In this document: positions 19,051-28,804 of the stretch, piece after piece
How the letters are laid out: each line of letters starts with the position of its first letter
Position numbering within the stretch: position 1 is the first letter of the stretch
Assembly (NCBI GenBank): GCA_963733095.1
Contig: CAVTBV010000004.1
Span: forward strand, 20,550-84,549
Source of the DNA: Candidatus Bathyarchaeota archaeon
GTDB taxonomy: Archaea; Thermoproteota; Bathyarchaeia; Bathyarchaeales; Bathycorpusculaceae
Direction: 5' to 3'
DNA length: 64,000 bases
The notes under the pieces: generated by a model
The model's database searches: none
The model's input: the letters and a program-made list of their open reading frames with translations, nothing else
What the model was told of the DNA's origin: nothing
Program-made: the position numbers and the translations under genes

Positions 19051-21141
19051 TTGCAATATAGAGTTCAGAAACGGGTGGATGCCTTGCGCAAGAAAGAATT
19101 CTCAAGCTTCGACATTGCCGCAGCAATCAAAGAATTGAAGACAATTTTAGCCGACTGCCGAGTTAACAACATCTATCAACTCGACGAAAAAACCGTGGTC
19201 TTCAAACTGCACAAAACCGACAAGCCGCCGATACGGCTAGTTATGGAGGCAGGCAGAAGGTTACATGTCACCAGTTACGCTGAAGAAAACCCATCGGAGC
19301 CGCCAGCGTTCTGCATGGCACTCAGGAAATACCTGCGAAACGCATGGGTAGCAGGCATTGACCAGTACGAGTTTGAAAGAATCGTAACTGTTGGCTTCCG
19401 ATCCAAAACTGGAGTGCTTAAACTGGTTGTGGAGCTCTTCGGCGAAGGCAACATTATACTGACAAACGAGCAAAACGTGATTATCCACGCATTAGTCTAC
19501 AAAAAAATGCGTGACCGAGACATCCTCCACAACTTGGTGTTGGCGCTTCCGCCCTCAAGCGGCAAAAACCCCTTCAAAGTCACCCAAAGCGAGCTTGAGG
19601 AAGTTTTCAAAAATGCGGGCGAAACGGAGGTTGTTAGGGTTGTGGCGCGGTTTTTGGGTGTTGGAGGAGTTTATGCTGAAGAAATTTTGATTCGAGCAAA
19701 CATAGATAAAACAAAATATTGCAGCGCCTTAGTAAGCGAAGAGGTTAAGGGGGTTTTTGATGCTCTGCAAACTTTGCTGGCAGCGGTTTCAGGGAGTAAC
19801 TTGGAAGCTTGCATTGTTCTAAGTGAGGCGGACGATTTCGTGGATGTTGTACCCATTAAGCTGAAGCGCTATGAAGGCTGCAAAATTCAGGTTTACGACT
19901 CTTTCAACCAGGCGTTAGACGAGTTCTATTTGCGGGTAATTACCGCTGAGAGGGCGTTTGCAAGCGTTGAGGTGGACACTATAAAAAAAGAGGCCGAGCG
20001 ACTAAGACGCCTAGTGGCAGAACAAGAAAAATCTATCCGTGAAGATGAAACTAAAGCCGAACGAGATAAACAAATCGGCGACGCCATCTACGCTCACTTC
20101 AACGAACTCCAAACCTTCCAAGATCAACTCCTCAAAGCCAACAATCAAGGACACGACTGGAGCACAATCATCGCTGCCATTATGTCGGCAAAGAAAACAG
20201 GCAAAACTCCTGCGTCCTACGTTGAATCGTTTGATGGCAAAAACCTTGCATTAAATCTTGGTATGGATAATTTCCATTTTAGCTTTAACCTAAGAGATTC
20301 CCTCTTTGACAATGCTAACAGGTACTATGAACATGGCAAACGGGCTAAAGAGAAATCTCAAGGTGCTCTCTTTGCACTTCAGGACTCCAAGAGAAAACTC
20401 GCTAAAATCGAACGTGAATTGGCAGAAGCAGAACAACTCAAAAGCCTAAAACCAGCAGAAATGATGGAAGCACTCTCCAAACGCAAGGTGGAGCTGGAGA
20501 ACAAGGAATGGTTTGAGAAGTTCCGCTGGTACATTTCCTCGGATGGTTTTTTGGTTGTTGCTGGCAAAGACACGGTTAGCAACGAAGTGCTTATAAAAAA
20601 GTACACGTTGCAGGAGGATGTGGTTTTTCACGCTGAAATTACGGGTTCGCCCTTCGTGGTCATCAAGGCGGAAGGTAGATCTGTAAGTGAGCAAGCGTTA
20701 CGTGAGGCGGGTGAGTTTGCAGCTTCTTATTCTAGGGCTTGGCGAGAAAACTTGGGCACTGCGGATGTTTACTGGGTTAAGGTTGACCAACTTAGCAAGA
20801 GCGGCCCGTCTGGGGAGTCGGTTCCTCACGGCGCCTTCTTTGTGGTAGGCAAACGTAACTGGATGCGAAACACGCCGCTTCGGGTTGCTGTAGGCATCAT
20901 TGTGGGGGAAGAAACCAGCTTTGCCGGTGGTCCAGTGGAGGCTGTAAAGTCGAAAACCAAAGCTTACGTGATCCTTGTTCCAGGAGACTCAACAGGTAAA
21001 GAGTTGCTCAAACAAATCCTCAAATCCCTGATGCTAAAGCTGCCCAAGGAACAGCGGGAAAAAGCAGGCAAAACATCTGTTGAACAAGTCCGCGAGTTTG
21101 TGCCCTACACAAAAGGCATGATAAATCAGAAAGCAAGCTGA
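19051..21141 (+). CDS. rqcH: Ribosome quality-control factor Rqc2/NEMF homolog (NFACT family)
   Basis: SSFDIAA, FCMALRKYL, ELFGEGNIIL, coiled coil, WFEKFRW, AGKD...NE, FHAEI.GSP and GAFFV.G.RNW. Confidence 0.92.
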   Translation: MQYRVQKRVDALRKKEFSSFDIAAAIKELKTILADCRVNNIYQLDEKTVVFKLHKTDKPPIRLVMEAGRRLHVTSYAEENPSEPPAFCMALRKYLRNAWVAGIDQYEFERIVTVGFRSKTGVLKLVVELFGEGNIILTNEQNVIIHALVYKKMRDRDILHNLVLALPPSSGKNPFKVTQSELEEVFKNAGETEVVRVVARFLGVGGVYAEEILIRANIDKTKYCSALVSEEVKGVFDALQTLLAAVSGSNLEACIVLSEADDFVDVVPIKLKRYEGCKIQVYDSFNQALDEFYLRVITAERAFASVEVDTIKKEAERLRRLVAEQEKSIREDETKAERDKQIGDAIYAHFNELQTFQDQLLKANNQGHDWSTIIAAIMSAKKTGKTPASYVESFDGKNLALNLGMDNFHFSFNLRDSLFDNANRYYEHGKRAKEKSQGALFALQDSKRKLAKIERELAEAEQLKSLKPAEMMEALSKRKVELENKEWFEKFRWYISSDGFLVVAGKDTVSNEVLIKKYTLQEDVVFHAEITGSPFVVIKAEGRSVSEQALREAGEFAASYSRAWRENLGTADVYWVKVDQLSKSGPSGESVPHGAFFVVGKRNWMRNTPLRVAVGIIVGEETSFAGGPVEAVKSKTKAYVILVPGDSTGKELLKQILKSLMLKLPKEQREKAGKTSVEQVREFVPYTKGMINQKAS

Positions 21142-21198
21142 ATTAAGCAGATACGAAACTTGGATTAAGAGTTGCTATTGAAAAAAAGTCGGGTTCGC

Positions 21199-21519
21199 TT
21201 AGGGATGCTGAAACATCTGTGTTGAGAATACTCGATAACTTTCTATTCTTGGCTGTTTTTCAATTAGCTCTTGGACTTTTTTTATTGCTTGGGCAAACTC
21301 GCCCTTCTCAGATGCGTTCATTGTTTCTTCATCCTGCCAAAGCGTCAAGACAGATAACGCATTTGGATCCTCATAAGAAAGCAGCGACATATAACCGCGA
21401 AAACCCTTTGAATTCTGCGCTAAAGTGTTTAGAATTCGGTCAAGCTCTGAAAAACCTTCTTCGCGTTTTCCCTTTTTAAAATACCAAAAAGACATTCTTG
21501 CTAAAACCACAAAATTCAC
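21199..21519 (-). CDS. Antibiotic biosynthesis monooxygenase (ABM)-domain protein
   Basis: KGFRGY...LTLWQDE pattern of a dimeric alpha/beta barrel. Confidence 0.7.
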   Translation of the reverse strand: MNFVVLARMSFWYFKKGKREEGFSELDRILNTLAQNSKGFRGYMSLLSYEDPNALSVLTLWQDEETMNASEKGEFAQAIKKVQELIEKQPRIESYRVFSTQMFQHP

Positions 21520-21642
21520 CTAAAAAGAATTATAGCTCCTGTCATTTAAATTTTTAACGTTGACATCTATGGATATTAAGAAGTTAGGCGATAGCTACTT
21601 GGCTGTACACTATTTTTTTATTTTCAGTCAGCCAATAAGGAA

Positions 21643-22260
21643 ATGGGTGGTTTGTTGGATAAAATTGACTTAAAAAAAGAGTTAAAAAGCCTGTATAATC
21701 CGTCGGCAAAGGAAGTTTCGGTTGTTGAGGTTCCAGCCATGAACTTTCTGTTGGTTAACGGCGAAGGTGAACCCACATCACCGCAGTTCAGCGACGCTAT
21801 TGAGGCATTATTCAGTGTCGCTTATACCCTCAAATTTATGGTTAAGAAAGGAAAGGGTATCGACTACGGTGTTATGCCGCTTGAAGGCTTATGGTGGGTA
21901 GATGACATGACAAAGTTTAGTCCTGACCGGAAAGATGAATGAAAGTGGACAGCCATGATAATGCAGCCCAAGTATGTCTCCGTCGAAGATTTCAACTTGG
22001 CGGTTGAACAGGTAAAAAAGAAAAAGAACCCAAATGCGCTGCCCAAGGTGAGTTTTGAAAACTTCGAAGAGGGACCTGCTGCACAAATAGTGTACATAGG
22101 ACCTTTTTCGGCTGAAGGACCAATCAAAACAAAAATACACGCTTATATCCAAAACAGCGGGCACTCATTGAGTGGAAAACACCACGAAATCTACCTAAAC
22201 AACCCAGCCACAACAGTGCCAGAAAATTTAAAAACCATCCTAAGGAAACCTATGAAATAA
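21643..22260 (+). pseudogene. GyrI-like small-molecule-binding protein interrupted by an in-frame TGA at 21940-21942
   Basis: Two in-frame ORFs: ...PLEGLWW...RKDE*KWTAMIMQP...GP...HHEIYL. The stop sits where homologs usually have Trp (W.W..MI.QP). Confidence 0.8.
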
Positions 22261-22365
22261 TCTGAACAGTTAGTAGGTTGAAAGAAGCCAAATCAACTTC
22301 TCCTATGGTTTCTGAAATGAACCACTATTAGAATCCAAATATGACGCATTTTAGACAATACTTGA

Positions 22366-22869
22366 TTATTTTTGCTGTAGTCGCTTCGCCAGTTCAGCGA
22401 TTTGTTGCCTGAATTTTTCACGCATTTTGGTAAAACGCATTGCTGCAGATGGATGAATAATTTGGATGTATTCTATGCCGTCAATGCGCGGAGTTTCCTT
22501 TGCTGATGCACCCAAAAGCACGATTATATCTGGTTTGATAATTCTGATTTGTGTGATTAAATAGGGCAAGCATGCTCTAACCTCATCGTCAAAGGGTTTG
22601 CGGTTTTTGGGGGAAACATGCTTGACAATGTTGGTTATGAAGATGTCTTCGCGGTTTATGTCGAATTCTGTGAGGGTTTTGGTTAAATATTTTCCTGCTC
22701 GTCCAATAAAGGGTCTGCCCAACTCGTCCTCGTCGGCGCCTGGGTTTTGACCCACAAGCATAACTTTAGCGTTTAGAGGGCCTTCCCCTGGCACGCCATG
22801 TTTTGCGCCCTGCCAGAGCCGGCATTTTTTGCAGCTATAGATTTCCATGTTCAATTCTTCAATCGACAA
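22366..22869 (-). CDS. Uracil-DNA glycosylase family 4-like
   Basis: C..C.L, GEG, VGQNPG..ED..GRPFIG.AG, TNIVK, NRKP and HPSA motifs. Confidence 0.88.
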   Translation of the reverse strand: MSIEELNMEIYSCKKCRLWQGAKHGVPGEGPLNAKVMLVGQNPGADEDELGRPFIGRAGKYLTKTLTEFDINREDIFITNIVKHVSPKNRKPFDDEVRACLPYLITQIRIIKPDIIVLLGASAKETPRIDGIEYIQIIHPSAAMRFTKMREKFRQQIAELAKRLQQK

Positions 22870-23008
22870 AGTTATCCTGCCTCGTTGTTGCCAATTAACA
22901 GCTACGAAACCTTAAAAAATGCATCCTGACTAATATGTAATCAAGTTCTTGTGCGCCAAGCAGGAATGTATTCGGTAGTTTTTAAGCTAAATTTTAAGAG
23001 GAAAACAA

Positions 23009-23311
23009 ATGACAAATGCAGGATCTGTGTCAGAATCTTTAATCGGCAGCGCAGTCCGCGTATTAATGAGGGTGGCTTTTGTCTTTGAACCTTTAGCACC
23101 CACAGCCATCACGGCGCTGATGAACCAGCAGCTTCGCAGGTATAAGGATGCAGGTGCAATCGGCAAATACAAAACTCACACTAAACGCCTGGGCAAGTAC
23201 CACTACCGAATCGAGATGGATTTAGATTTGACGGGGATGCAGGCAGCACATCTTTTGGGTAACTTGTTTCCTAAACAATTAAGCAGGTTTAGGAGGTGGT
23301 TCCATGACTGA
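23009..23311 (+). CDS. Hypothetical protein
   Basis: 100-aa ORF with upstream GAGG; overlaps the next small ORF. Confidence 0.6.
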   Translation: MTNAGSVSESLIGSAVRVLMRVAFVFEPLAPTAITALMNQQLRRYKDAGAIGKYKTHTKRLGKYHYRIEMDLDLTGMQAAHLLGNLFPKQLSRFRRWFHD

Positions 23312-23456
23312 AATGCCAGATAAGAAAGGGAAGTTGAAAGTAACAGTTGAACTTGAAGTTAACGAGGAATTGATGAGTGTGGTTAAAGACGCAATGTCTA
23401 AGGCTTCCACCAAGATTCCTGAGATGATGAGGCGAGGCGGAGAAAACAAACAATAA
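23304..23456 (+). CDS. Hypothetical 50-aa protein (MTEMPDKKGKLKVTVELEVNEELMSVVKDAMSK...)
   Basis: Strong RBS AGGAGGTGG; ATG overlaps the end of the upstream gene; not in the ORF track. Confidence 0.6.
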   Translation: MTEMPDKKGKLKVTVELEVNEELMSVVKDAMSKASTKIPEMMRRGGENKQ

Positions 23457-23510
23457 AGATCTTTGCCTCAAACTATTTCTAAATATTTTTCTTATTTTTT
23501 TTAATAACAT

Positions 23511-23774
23511 TTAATCTTTTGCTGCTTTCTCTAAAGCTTGTCTGATTAAATCGTTCCTTATACCCTCAGCTTCTTCTTCACCAGCTTTTCGACCTTTCAC
23601 TTTTTCCTTATGTGTCTCAGCATGGTCTTCGATGGCTTTGCTCATAAGTTTAACGTTGGGAATCAACATTATTTCTTTCCCGCAAGAGGGACACTTAATC
23701 GCCGGCAAACCTTCGTTGTGACCGATTTTTTTCTTTCTAATACTTGGCACCAATCGAACCTTCAAATTTTGCAT
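23511..23774 (-). CDS. Small CxxC/HxxxH zinc-finger-like protein
   Basis: KCPSCGKE...IEDHAETH. Confidence 0.6.
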   Translation of the reverse strand: MQNLKVRLVPSIRKKKIGHNEGLPAIKCPSCGKEIMLIPNVKLMSKAIEDHAETHKEKVKGRKAGEEEAEGIRNDLIRQALEKAAKD

Positions 23775-23980
23775 TCACATATACCCTGCTCTATTTGTAT
23801 AAAGGTTTATTTCCCAAATCTTTAAGTTTCAGATCATAAACCCCATTGAAGGAAACATTTTGGTTAAACGCGATGCTATATTTTCAATTTTTTGCAAGGC
23901 TAAAAAACAATCAAACGAGGCTTTCTTAGTTAGAGAAAGACTTTTTACACCAAAAGAGAACCTTCTTTTAAGGAATAAAC

Positions 23981-24292
23981 ATGAAGTTTTTAATCATTCA
24001 GAAAATCAAACACAACGTACCCCTGGAGAAATGGGCAAAGCTTCTCCCTCTGCAATTTAAGTATTTTGAAAACCTCGAAAAAGAAAAAACCCTTGAAGTA
24101 ACCTACCACCTCATCGGCCAGCAAGGTAGTATGCTTATCGTCAACGTTGAATCAGACGAAAAACTCTCCAAAATCATCGGACAAGACCCAATGTTCTTCG
24201 ATTCCGAAAGAGAAATCTACCCCTTAACAACACGACAAACACACGAAAAACAAATCCGAGAACTCTTCAAGCCAGAGCCAGCAGGGTTTTAA
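23981..24292 (+). CDS. Muconolactone-isomerase/DUF3303-like dimeric barrel protein
   Basis: MKFLII...G...I.NVES.E.L..I...DP...EIYPL pattern. Confidence 0.55.
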   Translation: MKFLIIQKIKHNVPLEKWAKLLPLQFKYFENLEKEKTLEVTYHLIGQQGSMLIVNVESDEKLSKIIGQDPMFFDSEREIYPLTTRQTHEKQIRELFKPEPAGF

Positions 24293-24294
24293 CG

Positions 24295-24849
24295 ATGGGT
24301 TGCCACGGCGGTTTTAACCTCGATGAAACAACGAGGCGTTCATGGTACAATCCAGAAGCAATTCTGCAGGACCTAAAGCGCGGCATGGTGTTTATTGACG
24401 TTGGTTGTGGCGATGGCTACTTCAGCATTTTAGCTGCCAAAAAAGTTGGAGCAAACGGGAAAGTCTACGCTGTGGATACTGATGCTTCGGGGATAGATAA
24501 GCTCCAACAAAAAGCCGCTACAGAAGGACTAAAAAGCATCACTACTAAGGTTGGTAGAGCTGAGGATACTGTTTTCTGCAAACAATGCGCTGATTTCATT
24601 TTGTGTAGCATGGATCTGCATGATTTTGATGACCCTGCAAAAGTGCTCCATAATGCCAAACAAATGATTAAGCCGTCGGGGGTTCTAGTTGATTTGGACT
24701 GGAAGAAACAGGAGATGCCGTTTGGTCCACCCGTTGCCATAAGGTTTAGCGAAGAAAAAGCCTCAGGTCTCATAGAGTCGGCAGGTTTTAAGGTAGCAGA
24801 CGTTAAGGATGCTGGACCCCACCACTATATGGTTAGGGCAAAACTGTGA
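24295..24849 (+). CDS. Class I SAM-dependent methyltransferase
   Basis: DVGCGDG, VYAVD, KPSG.L..LDW and GPP motifs. Confidence 0.88.
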   Translation: MGCHGGFNLDETTRRSWYNPEAILQDLKRGMVFIDVGCGDGYFSILAAKKVGANGKVYAVDTDASGIDKLQQKAATEGLKSITTKVGRAEDTVFCKQCADFILCSMDLHDFDDPAKVLHNAKQMIKPSGVLVDLDWKKQEMPFGPPVAIRFSEEKASGLIESAGFKVADVKDAGPHHYMVRAKL

Positions 24850-24855
24850 TTTGTC

Positions 24856-25482
24856 CTATTCAGCGTGAGCGTAGAGTTCAAGCAAATCATGGTTAAACCG
24901 TTCAGGCTCATCTTTGTAGGCCGAGTGGTTTGCGCCATCGTAGACTATAAGTTTTGCATTTGGCAGCTTATCGGCTAAGGTACGCATGTCTTCGCCTCCG
25001 ATGATGTTATCTTGAGAACCCCAGATTATGGTTGTGGAAAACGTGAATTGGCTAAACTTTTGCACTAAGTCTGGTTCAAGAGCGCGTGCAGGAGCAACTA
25101 AAAGTAAACCCTTAACTGGAAACTGGATAGCGTACCGCATGGCCATGTTGCCGCCTATGCTGGCGCCGACAAGTACCGGGTCCGCTTCCCCAAAAACGGT
25201 TTTGACCGCTTCATTTGCGAATGTAATGTTTTTTTCTGGAGAACGAGTCTTAGGTTGACATTGGCTTTTCATGCCATAAGGCATGTCTAAAGCCAAAAAA
25301 GGCACCCGCTTTCTCATAAGTAGATCAGTCACCCCAATCCGCTGCCAAATGTCGGATGTGTACGATAAACCGTGGAAAAAAACGATGGGAACACCAGGCG
25401 CCGTATAGTATAAGGCTGGGCACTTGTGGCCTGCAACGTTTAATGTTCTCTCCAACCAAATCTCCCTGTTTCCTATGTGCAA
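24856..25482 (-). CDS. Alpha/beta hydrolase
   Basis: FFHG, LDMPYG, GASIGG nucleophile elbow, WG.QD and HSAY. Confidence 0.88.
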   Translation of the reverse strand: MHIGNREIWLERTLNVAGHKCPALYYTAPGVPIVFFHGLSYTSDIWQRIGVTDLLMRKRVPFLALDMPYGMKSQCQPKTRSPEKNITFANEAVKTVFGEADPVLVGASIGGNMAMRYAIQFPVKGLLLVAPARALEPDLVQKFSQFTFSTTIIWGSQDNIIGGEDMRTLADKLPNAKLIVYDGANHSAYKDEPERFNHDLLELYAHAE

Positions 25483-25553
25483 AGCCGCTTATATCATTAA
25501 TTTGGGTGCGAAAGGAATAATAGCCCTACAGGGCAAGTATTGTTGGTGATTTT

Positions 25554-26030
25554 TTGACAGTTAAAGTCGGCGATAAAGCGCCTGATTTCACACTTCCCTC
25601 TCAAATGGGCGATAACGTGACGCTTTCGGAGTTTTTGGGCAAAAAAAACGTAATTTTATATTTTTATCCAAAAGATGAAACGCCAGGTTGCACAAAAGAA
25701 GCCTGCACATTCAGAGATAACTATGAACAGCTAACAAGTTTGGGTGCGGAAGTGCTCGGCGTAAGTGGGCAGAGCGTAGACTCTCACAATTCATTCGCAA
25801 CACACTACGGATTACCATTCCTGCTTCTAGCCGATGTAGACAACAAGGTACGCGAGCTTTATGGAGTGCCTTCAACCATGGGGTTTCTTCCCGGCAGAGT
25901 TACCTACATCATTGACAAGAAGGGTATTGTCCGCCACATTTTCAATTCCCAAAGCCAAGCGCAGCGGCACGTTGAAGAAGCCAAGAAAACGCTGATAGAA
26001 ATAGAGAAAGAAGAGCAAGCTACCCCATAG
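25554..26030 (+). CDS. bcp: Peroxiredoxin (BCP/PrxQ family)
   Basis: [19 protein letters not shown] and GRVTYIID. Confidence 0.93.
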   Translation: MTVKVGDKAPDFTLPSQMGDNVTLSEFLGKKNVILYFYPKDETPGCTKEACTFRDNYEQLTSLGAEVLGVSGQSVDSHNSFATHYGLPFLLLADVDNKVRELYGVPSTMGFLPGRVTYIIDKKGIVRHIFNSQSQAQRHVEEAKKTLIEIEKEEQATP

Positions 26031-26040
26031 ATGGCGAACA

Positions 26041-27279
26041 ATGATGCTCAACATTTACAACACGTTAACGAGGAAAACCGAACAGTTCCAACCAGCAGAA
26101 GACATGCTGATTAAAATGTACACATGTGGACCCTCAACCTACCAACCTGCCCACATCGGAAACTACCGCACTTTTCTCTTCGAAGACATCTTTCAACGTT
26201 ACCTCGAATACTTAGGGTACAAAGTAACTCGACTGATGACCCTAACCGACGTAGAAGACAAGGCGATTGAGCAAGCTAAAAAAGAAAACATAACCGTTGA
26301 AGAGTTAACACGTAAAAACGAAGCAGTTTTCTTCAAGGATTTCGAAGCTTTGAAAATTAAAAAGCCCGATTACCCAGTGAGGGCTTCAACAGCGGTAGAC
26401 CAAGCAGCAAAACTAATCACACAATTAGTCGATAAAGGCTATGCCTACTGGAACACCTACAACGGCGCCCAAAACGTCTATTTTGACCCCAAAAAATTCA
26501 AGGGGTTCGGCAAACTTTCCAATTTAGACATGAGTAAGTGGCCCAAAAAGAAACGCCGCTTCCACAAAGACACCTATCCGGGAACACCTTGGAACCTTGG
26601 GGACTTTGTGCTTTGGCACGGATGCGAGGAACAGGGATTCTGTTACCAAACGCCGATTGGCAATGGTCGACCCGCATGGAATATTCAAGATGCATCCATC
26701 ATAACTAAACATCTGGGCTTCACCGTTGATGTTGGATGTGGCGGAATCGACAATTTAGTCAGGCATCATGACTACACTATTGCTGTTATGGAAGCGGTTT
26801 CGGGTAAGCATTCCTCAAGGTACTGGCTGCACGGCGCCCACCTGTTTGTCGATAGCAAAAAGATGTCTAAAAGTAAAGGCAACGTGTACTACCCAAACGA
26901 CCTCCTAGCCAAAGGTTTCAGCGCCGAACAGCTAAGGTTCTTCCTTATCTACGCACCATATCGGAAAAAACTAAACTTCACCTTTGAAAAGTTGAAAAAG
27001 ACAAGTCAAAGGCTGGATTCATTTAAAGGCATGGTTTCGGAGTTGGAGAAAACAAAGTCGACGAGCCAAACTGAAAAACAAGTACGCCTCACAAGCAAAA
27101 TTACCGTCGATTTTGAAGAGCACATGAACAACGATTTGGACGTAAAATCTGCATTCGATAGCCTGTATGAAACAACAAATCAACTTTATGAGATGCGGGA
27201 GTCGTTGAGTTCAAAAGATGTAAAAAATGTGTTGAGTAATTTGCACAGGGTTGATGGAGTGCTTCAATGTATTCTTTAG
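26041..27279 (+). CDS. Cysteinyl-tRNA synthetase paralog (truncated, altered active site)
   Basis: YTCGP, HIGN, TDVEDK, DFVLW and KMSKS present; GRPAWNIQD and RHHDYT replace GRPGWHIEC and PHHENE; ends after the DALR-like region. Confidence 0.85.
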   Translation: MMLNIYNTLTRKTEQFQPAEDMLIKMYTCGPSTYQPAHIGNYRTFLFEDIFQRYLEYLGYKVTRLMTLTDVEDKAIEQAKKENITVEELTRKNEAVFFKDFEALKIKKPDYPVRASTAVDQAAKLITQLVDKGYAYWNTYNGAQNVYFDPKKFKGFGKLSNLDMSKWPKKKRRFHKDTYPGTPWNLGDFVLWHGCEEQGFCYQTPIGNGRPAWNIQDASIITKHLGFTVDVGCGGIDNLVRHHDYTIAVMEAVSGKHSSRYWLHGAHLFVDSKKMSKSKGNVYYPNDLLAKGFSAEQLRFFLIYAPYRKKLNFTFEKLKKTSQRLDSFKGMVSELEKTKSTSQTEKQVRLTSKITVDFEEHMNNDLDVKSAFDSLYETTNQLYEMRESLSSKDVKNVLSNLHRVDGVLQCIL

Positions 27280-27524
27280 ACGAGTTCGCCTACAAGCTTT
27301 ACTCTTGTGAACGTTTCTTCGCGGTGCGGGGCCATCTCAAGTTCTTCAGTTAAGTCTTTGCCTGCATCATGCATGCCCATATGGTCGCCTTCCATCCAAA
27401 AACTGCTGTCCGTGACCTCATAGACTTTGCCTTGATAGGCTATATAGGCTGGTTTACCGTTTTTTCCATTATTTTCCTGTAGTTGTTGGCGCGTTATCTT
27501 TTTTTGTTCTGCCAAAAAATTCAC
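27276..27524 (-). CDS. Cytochrome b5-like heme/steroid-binding protein
   Basis: NGKNGKPAYIA..GKVY.VT, W..G.H..H.AGKDLT and APH. Confidence 0.88.
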   Translation of the reverse strand: MNFLAEQKKITRQQLQENNGKNGKPAYIAYQGKVYEVTDSSFWMEGDHMGMHDAGKDLTEELEMAPHREETFTRVKLVGELV

Positions 27525-27578
27525 CTTTTCTTATCTGTTAAAAGTTTGAGGAGTTTTAAATGTTTAGTGGTTGCTGGG

Positions 27579-28646
27579 TCAGTTTTTTATGATGGGACCA
27601 GATGATGCTTGATAAGCCGCGTTTATGTTGATCCTGCCAAGGTTTGTTTTGCTGTTTATGTCGATGTTGCTAAGAGAAGGGTAGTTGTCTGATTGGATTG
27701 GGGATTGTTTGCCTGAAAAATGCTGCAAGTCAGCGTTTATGCTTCCCAACTTTGTTTGTGAAATGAGTTGGGCTCCAACATCACCGTCGATGACTAACCC
27801 GACGTTTACTGAACCTAAGTCCGTAACTGCGTTGATTTGCAGTTTTCCCTGAAATGTTTTAGTTTGGGTTATATCCATGGTCACTGAGCCAGCGTTTGTT
27901 TTTAGAGCAAAGGTGTTGTTGCCTTCAACGTTGATTTGGCTCATTCGGAGATCTATATTTCCCGCTTGGGTTCTAAGTGTCACGTTCCCCGCGATGGTGA
28001 TGTTTTGCAGGTTTGCGCCTACAGTTCCAGCTGTCGATTGCAGGTTGAGGTTCTCAAAGGTTGAAGGTTTATCGGCTGTTAAGCTGACTTGCCCCGCTTG
28101 TGAGGTCACGTTGAGGTTTAGGGTTAGGGCGGTGTTAAGGTAGATGTTACAGTTAGCGTTAAGTCTTGAAAAAGCAGTAGATTCCTTGATCTTCGCAGTT
28201 ATTGTTAACTCGTTGCCTACTGTATCATTGTAGAAGCTAACTTGTATTGGACTATCACCGCTGCCAAAAACAGTTTTTGAAGCTGTCCCATCGAGCGTAA
28301 TCAGGAAATTATCGTTGGAAGCATTTTGGATAAAAACATTTACTCTAAGCCCCTCCGTTTGGACGTTGAGATTTAACTTGTTAATATCAGAGGTTTTGTC
28401 TTGGTATGTTTGCCCAAAAGTTACTGTTGAGAACGGTGCAGCCAGTAAGGCAGCCATGATTATGCCTCCAACTAAGATGGCAATTAACACTATGGCTCCA
28501 ATTATTATTGGGTCATTTCTGATTGGTTTCATCGGGGTTAGCGGTGGCGAAGAAGCATAAGTGGCTGGTTCGACTGGGGTTCCGCATCTGTTGCAGAAAT
28601 GCGCGTCCTCATCAAGTTTTGTTCCGCATCTTCTGCAATAAGGCAC
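27579..28646 (-). CDS. Zinc-ribbon, single-TM protein with beta-repeat (DUF4097-like) extracellular domain
   Basis: YCRRCG...FCNRCG, a TM helix and repeated T.AG.V/I motifs. Confidence 0.75.
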   Translation of the reverse strand: MPYCRRCGTKLDEDAHFCNRCGTPVEPATYASSPPLTPMKPIRNDPIIIGAIVLIAILVGGIIMAALLAAPFSTVTFGQTYQDKTSDINKLNLNVQTEGLRVNVFIQNASNDNFLITLDGTASKTVFGSGDSPIQVSFYNDTVGNELTITAKIKESTAFSRLNANCNIYLNTALTLNLNVTSQAGQVSLTADKPSTFENLNLQSTAGTVGANLQNITIAGNVTLRTQAGNIDLRMSQINVEGNNTFALKTNAGSVTMDITQTKTFQGKLQINAVTDLGSVNVGLVIDGDVGAQLISQTKLGSINADLQHFSGKQSPIQSDNYPSLSNIDINSKTNLGRININAAYQASSGPIIKN

Positions 28647-28804
28647 AGTGAAACCTCAGGCTACGAGGTATGTGTTTAAAAATTTAAGCATTTACCAAGA
28701 ATTTGGCCTCAACAATTAATTGCGCATGATTGTTTTGTTCTGCAGTTTATTTTAAGTGCCCTTTCTGTTTAGTGTAAAAGCTAATAGCGACCTTTACCTA
28801 CCGT

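Noticed and set aside
21940-21942. Genome-wide TGA=Trp or selenocysteine recoding
   Set aside because: TGA terminates other genes here (for example at 21141 and 24849), Trp is encoded by TGG elsewhere, and the position is not a Cys site.
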